Virus record (IMG/VR): IMGVR_UViG_3300050494_000042 | Direction: 5' to 3' (one strand) | DNA from: a virus | DNA length: 64,000 nucleotides | In this document: piece after piece, positions 37,896-47,835 of the stretch | How positions within the stretch are numbered: the first letter of the stretch is position 1 | How the letters are laid out: every line of letters starts with the position of its first letter | Notes under the pieces: generated by a model | What the model saw: only the letters and a program-made list of their open reading frames with translations | Told to the model about the DNA's origin: nothing | The model's database searches: none | Position numbers and translations under genes: made by a program

Positions 37896-38702
37896 TTACT
37901 TCCACACTTCCGGGTCCGACATGCCGTCGAGCAAATCGTCCTTCGTCTTCGATTGGAAGTCCGACGCCGGAAGCAGGAACTCTTCTTCGAGTGCTAATGC
38001 CACGCGGCTGCGAATCGTGTCGCAGAATTCCTTTTCCCGTTCAATAATAAGACACAATCTTCCTTCCAGAACTGCTGCCTCGGCTGTTGTGCCCGATCCT
38101 CCGAAGGGGTCAAGAACAATGTCTCCGGGACGGGAATAATGCCGGATCAGTTGCCGCATGAGCATCAAAGGCTTGCCGCCCATGTGCTTCCGGTCACGCC
38201 ATCCGGGTTCGGCCACGTACCCACCGGGAAGTGTTCCCCACTTATGCTGCTTGGCGGTGCGGCTGACAATGATCCAGTCTGTCCACGAAGAAGGACCATC
38301 ACCACTCAAACGAACGCCCCGCCCCGGCTGAAAGAACGGCAACGGAGCGAACACGTACCGTCCCGCCTCTTCCATGTGCCGAATGATGTACGGGGCGTTG
38401 GTGTGGTCGTTCATGACCACAACCCACCCCGAACAGACCCGACACATCTCCGGAACGAAATTCGCGATATCCTTGAGAGTCCACGCTGCGTAGCCCAACG
38501 TCTTTCTGTATCCCCCGTCGTACCCTTTGTCGCCGGGACTCCGACCGATCACGCTGTCATGTCCCTTGTGTGTTCTTTCGCTGAACGGAGGGTCGGTTAT
38601 GCACGCGGCCACGCACCCGGAAGGAAGTCGCGGAAGCACGTCATCGGAGTCCTCGTTCAGGACGACCACGGACTCTTCGGGAGTGGGTAGACGAATCTTC
38701 AC
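37896..38702 (-). CDS. N4/N6 DNA methyltransferase
   Basis: ITDPPF, KP..LMRQLI, VLDPFGGSGTT. Confidence 0.85.
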   Translation of the reverse strand: MKIRLPTPEESVVVLNEDSDDVLPRLPSGCVAACITDPPFSERTHKGHDSVIGRSPGDKGYDGGYRKTLGYAAWTLKDIANFVPEMCRVCSGWVVVMNDHTNAPYIIRHMEEAGRYVFAPLPFFQPGRGVRLSGDGPSSWTDWIIVSRTAKQHKWGTLPGGYVAEPGWRDRKHMGGKPLMLMRQLIRHYSRPGDIVLDPFGGSGTTAEAAVLEGRLCLIIEREKEFCDTIRSRVALALEEEFLLPASDFQSKTKDDLLDGMSDPEVWK

Positions 38703-39055
38703 GACAACTCCGCAATGATGACCAGAAGTCGCTCACACTGTTCCCTGTCGAACATCCCAATGTGAGCCTTCTCACGGGGAAGATCCATCACTCTTCGGAG
38801 CCACCGGTACGCTTCATTCCGATTGGCAAACTTCTTCTTTCCATACCACAACGGATCGAACTTGGCATGGCATTGACTGCGAAGTTTCCGAGTCGGCTCA
38901 TCAGCCGGGGTGGATGTCGACCCAGACCAGCAAGCCACTGTACACCCATCAACGGAGCAATAAAACCGAACGCCGTACTGCGTCTTCTGTCCGATCAGTC
39001 GGGTGTTGTGAGTGGGACAGTTCATCACGCCCATGATCCGTAAAGTTTTTGCCAC
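38699..39055 (-). CDS. DUF3268-like zinc-finger protein
   Basis: CPTH..YCSVDGC..PADEPTRKLRSQCHAKFDPLW..AYRWL..HIGMFD. Confidence 0.6.
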   Translation of the reverse strand: MAKTLRIMGVMNCPTHNTRLIGQKTQYGVRFYCSVDGCTVACWSGSTSTPADEPTRKLRSQCHAKFDPLWYGKKKFANRNEAYRWLRRVMDLPREKAHIGMFDREQCERLLVIIAELS

Positions 39056-40488
39056 TTGGCTTCATCAGCGGGAACCCACTTCCCGCCCCTCTCCACAAGC
39101 GACATCTTGTCGAACCAACTTCGGTCCACAGGGCAAGACTCGACTTCACACTCCAGAGGCACGTTAATCCACTTCCAGTCCCGCATGACACACCGAACCA
39201 TCGCATCCCGGACGATGAAGATGACGTCTTCACGCTCCGAAGGAACAACATCCATCACCACGCAATCATGTATTTGGGCGATGATCCGACTTCCCATCTT
39301 GTACTTCTTGAGCGTTCGGTTGATGGTAATGATCGCCTTGAGCAGGCAGTGATAAGCCGACCCCTGGATCGCGTAGTTCGTAATGTCGTTGCGGGCATGG
39401 GGACCAGTCATGATAAAGCCGGTCTTGAACTGACAGCCCCCATCCCGCTGGTAGGCAGATACCCAGTCCTTCCTCCACTGACCATACACCGGAAACCTCT
39501 CACCCCAAAAGTCCGCTTCCATCTCTTTCAAATGGTCTTCAAAGGTATTCTTGATGGGGGAAAGCTGTGGATCGCAATTGCCCAGTTCCTCGATCCCCTT
39601 ATCGCGAAGGTGATCACGAAGCAGAACAGTGGAGTCCTTCAGCTTCAAATCGGACATCATGTCCCACACGTTCGGTGCAATCTTGGCGTAGAAACTGCCG
39701 TAGAAAAACGGGAACGTAACCTGATTCTTCGCCAGGTGACGGATCGCTTTGGTGACCTGATTCTCCTCCAACAAGAACACCTGCTTGGCGACGTCCATGT
39801 GCATGTCTTTACCCGACTCGATGTATTCCTTCATCGTCGGGTCCAGGTGGTAGCACTCGGATATTCTTACCTCCTGTTGTGCGTAGTCGAATTCGAGTAT
39901 CTGGTTCCCCCGTCGCGGAAGCATGGACTTCCGGATCATCTCAGCCAGCATCGGCATCCGATTCGGCTGATTTTGGACGTTAAAATCCGAGCACGAACTT
40001 CTGAATGAAGATACAACGTTATGGTGATACACAGGATGAGAATACCAGTCCCCGTCCTGATGCTGCACTATCTCTCGGTGGATGCCCACCAGGAAGGTGT
40101 CCCGTCCTTTCCGAAGGTGCTGCATCTCCAGATACATCTTCACAATCGGAAGGTTGATTCCCTCCAGAGCTTTCTCGGATGCGGACGCACGCTTGCCACT
40201 CTTGGTCTTGACCTTCGATTTGTGTCCTTTCTCCGTAAACACAATCGTCGCCAGTTGCTCGGCACTGGCCAGATTCGTCCTGTCTCCGAACTGCCGGGAC
40301 CACAGTCGGTAGTCGTCGTCCTGACGCATCTTCTGTTCGAGGCTCTTGATCTGTTCCGCCGTGTCCGTGAGAGCCTTCTCCAGGTAATCCCTATCAATCC
40401 GTATTCCGTGTCCTTCTATCTCAGATAAGGCCAAAGTTCCTTCAAGGAGTAGCTGGCAGGCTTCATCGGTCGGGGTGAAGGTCTTCAC
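39025..40488 (-). CDS. Family A DNA polymerase, polymerase domain only
   Basis: Motif A DYAQQEVRI, motif B RHLAKNQVTFPFFYG, motif C QIHD; no exonuclease domain. Confidence 0.85.
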   Translation of the reverse strand: MKTFTPTDEACQLLLEGTLALSEIEGHGIRIDRDYLEKALTDTAEQIKSLEQKMRQDDDYRLWSRQFGDRTNLASAEQLATIVFTEKGHKSKVKTKSGKRASASEKALEGINLPIVKMYLEMQHLRKGRDTFLVGIHREIVQHQDGDWYSHPVYHHNVVSSFRSSCSDFNVQNQPNRMPMLAEMIRKSMLPRRGNQILEFDYAQQEVRISECYHLDPTMKEYIESGKDMHMDVAKQVFLLEENQVTKAIRHLAKNQVTFPFFYGSFYAKIAPNVWDMMSDLKLKDSTVLLRDHLRDKGIEELGNCDPQLSPIKNTFEDHLKEMEADFWGERFPVYGQWRKDWVSAYQRDGGCQFKTGFIMTGPHARNDITNYAIQGSAYHCLLKAIITINRTLKKYKMGSRIIAQIHDCVVMDVVPSEREDVIFIVRDAMVRCVMRDWKWINVPLECEVESCPVDRSWFDKMSLVERGGKWVPADEAKWQKLYGSWA

Positions 40489-40868
40489 TGTTTCTTTTCC
40501 TGATCGGCAATCTCTTGCAACTGGATCGCCCGTGACACTGCCGCCAACACACCCTTCAAGTCATCCAACTCACTACCTTTGCCACGATTCCCACAACAGA
40601 GTAGTTTCTTGATCGCATGGGCACGGGCAGGACAGGTCACCCCAAACGCAACCAGAACTGCGTAAACATCCACAGAAATTGGCTGTCTCACGTTGTCAGG
40701 CTTCGCGGAGTGTATCAGCCGAAGGTATTTCTTTCCTTCGTGCTTATCGATACCAACGGCTCCTGACTTTGACTCAGGAGTGGTTTGCGGACTCTTGGGA
40801 GTAGGCAAATTACACCTTCTTGTATTTGGGACGCCAAAAACCTGCTGCATCCTGCTCGAAGTCACCAA
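40485..40868 (-). CDS. Conserved phage hypothetical protein
   Basis: DVYAVLVAFGVTCPARAHAIKKLLCCG.RGKG..DDL. Confidence 0.5.
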   Translation of the reverse strand: MVTSSRMQQVFGVPNTRRCNLPTPKSPQTTPESKSGAVGIDKHEGKKYLRLIHSAKPDNVRQPISVDVYAVLVAFGVTCPARAHAIKKLLCCGNRGKGSELDDLKGVLAAVSRAIQLQEIADQEKKQ

Positions 40869-42729
40869 TGAGCATTGGTTCCCTCTTCTTCATCTCCACG
40901 ACAATCCGGCTGAACACGTGAAGGATTTCTTCCTCCGCAGCAGGCTCACACCGCATCGTCATGACATGGCGAATCGCTCGGATGTTCCCCGTCCACACAC
41001 CACCTGTCGCACATCCCATCCCAACGATACGGCGGAACAGAGAGGTGAGTTCCTTCTTCTGCTTGAAGGAGGACTCTGGTTTCAATTCGTCGGCCCAGAC
41101 TGCCTCTAATACCTTGTACCACTCCTGTTGGGCACCAAAGGCACGTTGCATTACAATCCGAGTCAATTCCTTCTTGTGTTCAACATCCAACGGAGTTGCC
41201 GTCTCATGTCCATTCCTGATACATTCCAAGATCACGTAAGGACTCCAGTGTAGGTAGTTCCTAGCGACGTCGTCCTCTCTTGCTGATCCCTGAATGTACG
41301 TCGGTTCCCAGTAAGGAATGTTTTCCCCGAACCGGATGAACCGCATCGAACCTTCCGAGATGGCCCACCCCGCTCGATGCCTGTTCATTTCCCCAGTAAA
41401 TATGCGAGACACGTTCTCGATTGCAAACGAGTAGACAGCGTGCTCAAGAACACTATTTCCACACCAAACCGGGTATCCGTTCCGTCGAACATACAAAACA
41501 TGCTGCGTGTCTTCCGGCATCTGTGCACAAAACACCTCGCCAGACCAGTCTTCAACCCAACTAGTCCGGCCCTCAGAACCAGCGTACTTGTTGACTTCCG
41601 GCTTCAAACTCCGGGAGGATAAAATGGACATCTGAATGAGAGGCTTTGTTCCGTATGATGTCGGCCGGTCTTCCGGTCCGTACACTTTACGTACGTTAGC
41701 TGCGATCCCGACGTGTAAACAGAGTTGCATGATCTGACCGGAAAGAACCTCACTGGTCGTGTGAAAAGAATCGTCGGCAACTCCTTCGTGGCCGTCTGAC
41801 TGCATCAGACCTTCCAACAGGCCAGCAAGCCCGTCACGCGACGATTGAATCAAAACCCCCGAAGGGATGCACTTCTCGCCGTCGGCGTAGATTTCAGAGA
41901 ACAGATGACGGTACGATGCCGGGAATCCCAAAGAGTACCGATCCGTACCGTCGTATCTAATTTCCCACTCGCCCGGCTGCAATTGATTCAGTTGATCAAC
42001 CACCCGGTACAGCCACGTCACTTTCCTGGGACGACGAAGCCGGAATCGAACGGTAAGGCCACTCTCGTAACTCCCGTCGCCGATTGAAAATCCGAGCAAC
42101 CGCAGCACATCCGCCGGGTATCCCACCTCGCAAGTGGAGTCCCACGTTTGGGCCGATTTCAAATAAGCGTGGGAGCCAGCGTCAAGCGAGTCTGCTCGAA
42201 TCAGCTTAAAGTCTTCACGCTTGCGCCCGTTTCTAGTTGTAGTGGGGCAAACATACATCTGGTGGTTAGGAGTGACCAGCAGGTCAACCCCGCGGGTTTC
42301 CACCCGATACATGCGTCCGGTGTAATCGACGGCGGTCACCGCATCCGGACGGCAGTACACCAAACCGCCTGATTTATTCAACGTAGCCAGGTAATCCTGC
42401 CGAGTGACTTCTGGCCACGGCTTCCACCCGGCAGACGTCAACACGTCGGTTTCCGAGTCATAACATCCGTGGCCGGTCTTGAGAATATTATCGATGTACT
42501 CGCCCCAGTCAGAACGGACCTTCGACAGGTTCGGATTTTGAGTCGTATCGAAACTTAAATAACATCGTTTGGCCGATACACCAATCGTCAACGCGGAGTC
42601 AGTCACCGTTTCCGGCGGGGGAAACGTGTAATCCTTGACTCCCTTGAACTCCAGCCATCGCTTCATTTCGTCGCGGTCGGCTGTCGTCTTCTGGATGAAA
42701 AAGATTTCAATGGGAACTTTGGTCGGCAT
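40810..42729 (-). CDS. thyX: Flavin-dependent thymidylate synthase with an intein
   Basis: AKRCYLSF, GH(G)|SVLEH, EMNRHR, SEGSMRF, RHVMTMR..AAEEEI. Confidence 0.85.
   Translation of the reverse strand: MPTKVPIEIFFIQKTTADRDEMKRWLEFKGVKDYTFPPPETVTDSALTIGVSAKRCYLSFDTTQNPNLSKVRSDWGEYIDNILKTGHGCYDSETDVLTSAGWKPWPEVTRQDYLATLNKSGGLVYCRPDAVTAVDYTGRMYRVETRGVDLLVTPNHQMYVCPTTTRNGRKREDFKLIRADSLDAGSHAYLKSAQTWDSTCEVGYPADVLRLLGFSIGDGSYESGLTVRFRLRRPRKVTWLYRVVDQLNQLQPGEWEIRYDGTDRYSLGFPASYRHLFSEIYADGEKCIPSGVLIQSSRDGLAGLLEGLMQSDGHEGVADDSFHTTSEVLSGQIMQLCLHVGIAANVRKVYGPEDRPTSYGTKPLIQMSILSSRSLKPEVNKYAGSEGRTSWVEDWSGEVFCAQMPEDTQHVLYVRRNGYPVWCGNSVLEHAVYSFAIENVSRIFTGEMNRHRAGWAISEGSMRFIRFGENIPYWEPTYIQGSAREDDVARNYLHWSPYVILECIRNGHETATPLDVEHKKELTRIVMQRAFGAQQEWYKVLEAVWADELKPESSFKQKKELTSLFRRIVGMGCATGGVWTGNIRAIRHVMTMRCEPAAEEEILHVFSRIVVEMKKREPMLIGDFEQDAAGFWRPKYKKV
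41455..42465 (-). mobile_element. Intein (337 aa) with a LAGLIDADG endonuclease
   Basis: Starts CYDSETDVLT, block B VTPNHQM, LGFSIGDG and LEGLMQSDG, ends VWCGN followed by Ser. Confidence 0.9.
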
Positions 42730-42756
42730 GTCGCCCCTCACAAATGTGGTATCGGT

Positions 42757-42785
42757 AGTATGGGACACGAATTGCTGAAAGGCAA
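42757..42785 (-). promoter_or_regulatory. Promoter of thyX
   Basis: TTGCCT-N17-CATACT. Confidence 0.6.
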
Positions 42786-42802
42786 ATTTTACAAAGGGGA
42801 AA

Positions 42803-43927
42803 TTATCCGCATCCCGAACTGGACTGGCAATCTTGACACTGTAAGCAGGTTCCGACCCGAACGACCCGAATGCTTCCACAGTTCGTACAGGGATCGCCGG
42901 TGAAGCCCATTTCCCTTGCTGCCTGAATCGAAGTTCCTTCCAGGGGAGTCATTTCGGACCACAACGCCCTCCACCTCGGGGTGTGATTCGGTGCGTCGTA
43001 AGTCCGGACAGGTCGATTGATGAGAAGATGTGCCCCCCACTCGGTCAGTTTCTCGACTACACCCTCACATCCGTGGACGGCAGGCTCATCCGGGGCATTG
43101 ATTGTGACCCGCTGTCCGACCTGGAGAGTAGGCGACTTCATTCGAGAAACCTCTCGCTTGTGCCTCGTGTAGCGATTCGTCATCTGGGCACGAGTTCTCT
43201 TCAACTCTTTACCAATGTCCCGAAGTGTGCGTCCGTCCGCTACTCCCAACACCATCACTCGTGCCTCACGAGCCGTCCACGATTTGTGACGCTTCGCCAC
43301 TGGGGAGGAGACTCGCGTGCGGACATTCTTGTAGCACGTCCGACATACACCACGCCGAAAGATTGTCTTCTCTTTCTGGCAAGAGGGACAGACACCCTTC
43401 TTGCCCCTGCCCGTGGCGTGACACTCGACAATTCGGGTATGCCGCGAGCGGTTCCCAACCTGACCTGCACACGATGCCTGGCAAAACCGTTGATCAATTT
43501 TATTCTGAACGAAAGGGTGGTTGCACCAAGCACACTCCAACACCACGACAGGCTTCTTGGTATGCTCACGGGGCCGTTCACCTACTCTCCGTCCATTTGC
43601 AAGGCAAGAGCATTTTCTAGAACAGAAAAAAATCCTCTTATGAGGAATTACTTCAAACTCTGCACCACACTCTTCGCATTTGCGAAATACAACCTCACGA
43701 GTCTTCTTGACGACATCAAATCGTTTCCGAATGGTGACGATTCCCGAAGCAGCGTCGGGACGTCCACGACCAAACCGAAAGCCGATGTTCCCGCCAATCC
43801 GTTCTGTTCGCTGCTCTTCAATCCCCAATCGCGAGAATCCGTCACTCTCTTCGAGGGATTCCCAGAACTCCTGCATTTCTTCGCTAGGAGTCCAGTATTC
43901 CCAGGATGGAGGGAATTCTTCGGGCAT
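42803..43927 (-). CDS. Multi-zinc-finger/HTH protein ending in an NrdJ-type C-terminal Zn-ribbon
   Basis: Several CxxC pairs, WT..EA..M HTH, terminal GFTGDPCTNCGS..VRVGTCLQCQDC.SSSGC; possible internal start at 43141. Confidence 0.55.
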   Translation of the reverse strand: MPEEFPPSWEYWTPSEEMQEFWESLEESDGFSRLGIEEQRTERIGGNIGFRFGRGRPDAASGIVTIRKRFDVVKKTREVVFRKCEECGAEFEVIPHKRIFFCSRKCSCLANGRRVGERPREHTKKPVVVLECAWCNHPFVQNKIDQRFCQASCAGQVGNRSRHTRIVECHATGRGKKGVCPSCQKEKTIFRRGVCRTCYKNVRTRVSSPVAKRHKSWTAREARVMVLGVADGRTLRDIGKELKRTRAQMTNRYTRHKREVSRMKSPTLQVGQRVTINAPDEPAVHGCEGVVEKLTEWGAHLLINRPVRTYDAPNHTPRWRALWSEMTPLEGTSIQAAREMGFTGDPCTNCGSIRVVRVGTCLQCQDCQSSSGCG

Positions 43928-43937
43928 GGGAGTTCTC

Positions 43938-44513
43938 CTACTCCGAGTACATCCGGGAAGCCACCGGACCAGATGAGTCTGCGTACCGTCCCTTATATGG
44001 TTTACGCTCACCTTGAAGCGTGTGGAACGTCAACTGGCCAATTCGCATTCCGGGATAAATCATGACCGGGTGAACGCAGGTGATCTCCAGCGTGAACTGT
44101 CCCCGCCATCCGTCGTCACCACGTCCCGCTGTCAGGTGGATTTGAATGCCCAGTCGACCGACCGAAGAACGTCCGTCGATGTAGGGAACCAGTCCCTGAC
44201 ACTCGATCCATTCCTCCGTGCTGCCCAGATACAGAATTCCTGGCCTGAGCAAGAATCCTGTATCGGGAATGCGAATCCTAGAAACTTCCGGATTCCGCGA
44301 ATCAATGCCATCAATGAACCCGCCCCCAAAACAGGGATCTTGCATCGGAGTTAAAACATACCACGACACCGAATTTCCAAGATGGATGTCGTAGGAGTTC
44401 GGCCCTGCCAGTTCGGGGTCGAATGGGTCAATCTTCAGGAACGGTAAGGTTTCCGGACTGTTTCGACTGGACTCCACGATCCGAACAATTTCAGGACCGG
44501 TCAGTATTGGCAC
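43938..44513 (-). CDS. dcd: dCTP deaminase
   Basis: PNSYDIHLG, GRSSVGRLGI, GWRGQFTLEI, YPGMRIGQL. Confidence 0.9.
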   Translation of the reverse strand: MPILTGPEIVRIVESSRNSPETLPFLKIDPFDPELAGPNSYDIHLGNSVSWYVLTPMQDPCFGGGFIDGIDSRNPEVSRIRIPDTGFLLRPGILYLGSTEEWIECQGLVPYIDGRSSVGRLGIQIHLTAGRGDDGWRGQFTLEITCVHPVMIYPGMRIGQLTFHTLQGERKPYKGRYADSSGPVASRMYSE

Positions 44514-45759
44514 GACGGAGCCTTTCCTTCTGAATTCGAGCTACTTCCCACTCTAGTCTAGAATCGAACCCGTTGTATCGGAGCAGTTGCCCCATGTCCA
44601 ATTCCCGTATTCGGTTGATTGCGTAACCACCCTTATCTGTCGAATGCAAATACGGCTCGATGTGGGAGTTGTAGTCCGGCATACCCAAAAGACAGAACGC
44701 CTGAAATTTTAATCCCGTAATCCCCGACTGATCCTTCCGCTCCCCACCTTCCTTGCCACCACGAGGGTCCAACGTGTGAGCCGTCAACATCGTACAGTGA
44801 TCCCAGCCCCGAACCTCAATGCCCAGCTTCTCCCGAATCCAATTATGCTCGAACTTGATGTTGGTCCCACGCTTAGTCACCCTCGAATCAAGAAGAAGAC
44901 GCTTCATCTCAGGCAAGACAGGACCATACCACGGGAACGCGATGGTTTCGATTCCCTCCCAACAGATTGAACAGGTCACGATTTCCGACAGCCGATGATG
45001 CGGCTTCTTCATGTTCGTTTCCAAGTCGAAAACGATTGTGCCGCCTGTGTACTTTTTGATGCGTTCTGCCGCTTCGGATGCGGAGTGGATGCACTCGATT
45101 TCCTTCTCGTAGTCCGGGGGACCGTCTGGCCACGGCCTTCCCTGTAATTGCACGGCTTCCGTCAGGTGACGCTCGTAATCCATCCGCTTGACGGGGTCTT
45201 TGTCCTCTTTGGACTTGTCCCGGCCATGATAGAAGAAACTGGCGGGTTGATACGTCGGACAAATCCACGAGTTGATCTGCCGTGCGGGAATCTTCCATCC
45301 TACCCACCGTTCGATTGGACCGACTTTGGGCTTCCAGAGCCACCCAATCAACGACCGGACGGCGTCGTGTCCCAGAAGAATGATCGTGGACGGATTCAGT
45401 TCCTTGATCGTCCTGATCAAGTTTGGACGGCAATGATCGACGGCATTTGCAGGGGTTGATTCGGGGGGCTTGCAAATGACGGCGTTGTAGAGCCAGCAAT
45501 CCCGCCGAACTTCGATTCCGTACTTGCGGAGGGTAGACTTCAGATCACGACCAGTCGGTCCCACGAAGGGCTTTCCCTCTGTGTCCTCGTCTTGACCTGG
45601 CCTTTCAGAGACAATCAAAATCCCCTTTCGTCCTTCCCCATCCACCGGCATCTTCGGTGTCTTGCAAGTACGAAATAAAGAACAGGCATCGCAATTGGCC
45701 CGAAGGGGGGTCTCCACTTTGGTTGGGGCGAAGGCGTCAGGGGAAAAGAATCCGTCCAT
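44491..45759 (-). CDS. Family-4 uracil-DNA glycosylase fused to a Pol A 3'-5' exonuclease domain
   Basis: CDAC, ERPGQDED.EGKPFVG..G, CKPP, IILLG..A, PTYQPA; then FDLETN, NIKFE, YNGFDS. Confidence 0.8.
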   Translation of the reverse strand: MDGFFSPDAFAPTKVETPLRANCDACSLFRTCKTPKMPVDGEGRKGILIVSERPGQDEDTEGKPFVGPTGRDLKSTLRKYGIEVRRDCWLYNAVICKPPESTPANAVDHCRPNLIRTIKELNPSTIILLGHDAVRSLIGWLWKPKVGPIERWVGWKIPARQINSWICPTYQPASFFYHGRDKSKEDKDPVKRMDYERHLTEAVQLQGRPWPDGPPDYEKEIECIHSASEAAERIKKYTGGTIVFDLETNMKKPHHRLSEIVTCSICWEGIETIAFPWYGPVLPEMKRLLLDSRVTKRGTNIKFEHNWIREKLGIEVRGWDHCTMLTAHTLDPRGGKEGGERKDQSGITGLKFQAFCLLGMPDYNSHIEPYLHSTDKGGYAINRIRELDMGQLLRYNGFDSRLEWEVARIQKERLRRANTDRS

Positions 45760-45761
45760 AC

Positions 45762-46175
45762 TCACTTCCAAGCAAGGATCATCGCAAGAACTTCGGGACC
45801 GACTACGGACCAATCCACCACCGGACGTCCACCGGCTTTTCCACTCCCACGGAGCGGACACCCATACGCCGCATCATCCACGTACAAATTCGCGTATACC
45901 TTCGGGGATTGCGTCCAGGAAGCCTGCGTGGGGTTCTCATTGACAGCGTGAAACTCTACCCCATTCCTGCGGCAGAATTCCACCGCTTCCGTCAGAACAG
46001 GGGCATTCTCACATCCTGGACCCGTCCGACCATCACTCCGCATCGTCCACAGGATCAGCTTCGCCCCTGCTTCCTGCCACATCTTCATCCACTCGAACGC
46101 TCCCGAAACGGGTGGACCGATTTCGGGGAACTCATGTACCACAATCGTCCCGTCGAAGTCCACGCAAATGATCAT
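45762..46175 (-). CDS. HAD-superfamily phosphatase-like protein
   Basis: CVDFDGTIV, LILWTMR, YVDD. Confidence 0.7.
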   Translation of the reverse strand: MIICVDFDGTIVVHEFPEIGPPVSGAFEWMKMWQEAGAKLILWTMRSDGRTGPGCENAPVLTEAVEFCRRNGVEFHAVNENPTQASWTQSPKVYANLYVDDAAYGCPLRGSGKAGGRPVVDWSVVGPEVLAMILAWK

Positions 46176-46184
46176 TGAAATCCC

Positions 46185-46484
46185 TCAAATGTAAAACTCT
46201 TTCCCGCAGCGTTTGCACTTCATTGTGACGAAATGAAATGGCTCACCATGCCCACTATCAGGGTAGTCGTGATAATCCCGATCATCACACGACATCTCAC
46301 AGACAGCTTCCATGTCAAGACGGTAGAAGGCAAGGAATCGTCGCCACGCACGGTACAGCAATCCTAGTTTCCTCGGTTCTGGCGGGTAACACATCGGACA
46401 GTCTTCCCAGCCACCGTTTTCCTTCCAATCGCCTGGTGATGGCACCATCCCCAAATCTTTGCAAAGAGGACAAAGACTACTCAT
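46185..46484 (-). CDS. Cys-rich hypothetical protein
   Basis: CPLC, CPMC, CKRC. Confidence 0.45.
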   Translation of the reverse strand: MSSLCPLCKDLGMVPSPGDWKENGGWEDCPMCYPPEPRKLGLLYRAWRRFLAFYRLDMEAVCEMSCDDRDYHDYPDSGHGEPFHFVTMKCKRCGKEFYI

Positions 46485-47577
46485 CGTCATCACTCCCGTA
46501 GTCGCCGTCGGAGTCCTCATCGTCGGCAGGGACTGTGACGGCTTCCCGTGGGGGCTTCTCCTTGCCTTCTGTCGATTTCCCAAGAACTGAGACGAAGGAC
46601 CATTTGTCACCCACCACCTTCAACCGCCCATCGCTCAACTGGCAGGCGTCGTAAGCCTTCACCAGACGACTCAGGTGTTGGGCTTTGATCCGGAACGCGA
46701 ACGCTTCCCCGTCGTAGGAGATGTCGAGTTCTTCCTCGGCCCACCCTTGCGGCCCACCACCATACACCGTCATTCGACCAGGAGTGAGCTTCACGACCAG
46801 CTTATCATCCTTGCCGTTGGCGAACACGCTGGCAATCTTGGCTGCGACTTCTGCCCCTTTGGGCAGGATGGCAGGTGTTCCCTCGAACGAGAGGAGCCGC
46901 GTGACTCCGTCCGTGGGATAGTCGTCCATATGCCTGCGGCAGGAAAAGATTAAGGTCTTGTTCCGGAAGTGAACCCAATCGGGAGTTGTTCCGATCTTGG
47001 TCAATCCCAAAGGCACCATCTGGGACAGGGTTTCGGCCAGTACCAGAAACGACTCCGTCACCCCGGATCGGACCATGAACCGTGTAGCCTGTCGCTTGTC
47101 GCAGCTTTCCAGGTATTCGGGGTGAATGTGGATACAGCGTGCCTTGAACTCTTCCGTGGTCCCGGCTGCGGTGATTTCGGTTTGCTCCACAGCCCGTGAG
47201 AAGTCTTCTGGAAGCAGCGTCCACGATTCCGGCAGTGATACGTCTTCGAGTGCCAGAGTGATCTCCGCTTCAAGCCTGACGGCGGACTTCTTGCGTCCTG
47301 CTTTCATGGTGAACTGATTGTCCTTGATCGCGATGTCGATTTCATCGTCATTGATGGCTTCGACCCATCGCATCAGGGGTTCAGCAGCAACCGCCCCCGT
47401 GATGTCGTCAGGAAGTCCGGACTGAGTGCGAACACAGATTTCGCCGTTGAAAGCGTAAGCCCACGAATCCTGAAAAACGACCGCCTTACTCTGCTCCAAT
47501 GTTCCCTTCTTTGACAATCCAGGTTGAACACGACCAAGAAGATTCAGGAACGTCTCTCGGTTGATTCGATGAGTCAT
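46477..47577 (-). CDS. Sliding clamp (beta-clamp-like)
   Basis: 366 aa, beta-clamp-like N-terminus INRETFLNLL.RV; a clamp loader is encoded nearby. Confidence 0.6.
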   Translation of the reverse strand: MTHRINRETFLNLLGRVQPGLSKKGTLEQSKAVVFQDSWAYAFNGEICVRTQSGLPDDITGAVAAEPLMRWVEAINDDEIDIAIKDNQFTMKAGRKKSAVRLEAEITLALEDVSLPESWTLLPEDFSRAVEQTEITAAGTTEEFKARCIHIHPEYLESCDKRQATRFMVRSGVTESFLVLAETLSQMVPLGLTKIGTTPDWVHFRNKTLIFSCRRHMDDYPTDGVTRLLSFEGTPAILPKGAEVAAKIASVFANGKDDKLVVKLTPGRMTVYGGGPQGWAEEELDISYDGEAFAFRIKAQHLSRLVKAYDACQLSDGRLKVVGDKWSFVSVLGKSTEGKEKPPREAVTVPADDEDSDGDYGSDDDE

Positions 47578-47654
47578 ACATACTCCGTGGAACTACCATC
47601 CGCACCTACAAATCAGGCACGGTTTAGTGACAATTCTATGGCAGGTCACATGCT

Positions 47655-47690
47655 TCCGCGATTACGAACTCGTCGCGGTGGGAATGGTTT
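47655..47690 (-). repeat. Degenerate repeat upstream of the clamp gene
   Basis: ATTCCCACCGCGACGAGTTCGTAATCGC, 20/28 identical to the 5735 copy. Confidence 0.45.
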
Positions 47691-47693
47691 GAG

Positions 47694-47835
47694 TGGTTCC
47701 GCAGGGAATCGAACCCTGTAGCAGTGCGTTTACGCCTCCGCACCATCAGCCCTTTTTTGCCCCCGCTTTACACAGCACCTATCGCTGCTTCATCGTGGGA
47801 TGGGTTTTACGTTGTCCCCAGCAACGCCCGGAACC
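47694..47835 (-). ncRNA. tRNA-like RNA (~142 nt) with an expanded central region
   Basis: Acceptor-like stem GGTTCCG/CGGAACC+A, hairpin CGTTG/CAACG, T-arm CAGGG-TTCGATT-CCCTG; no normal anticodon arm. Confidence 0.5.

Noticed and set aside
10944-43458. 17-nt exact match CCGCGAGCGGTTCCCAA between the array leader (10944-10960) and 43442-43458
   Set aside because: A 17-mer match in 64 kb is plausible by chance, and the leader segment is not a spacer.
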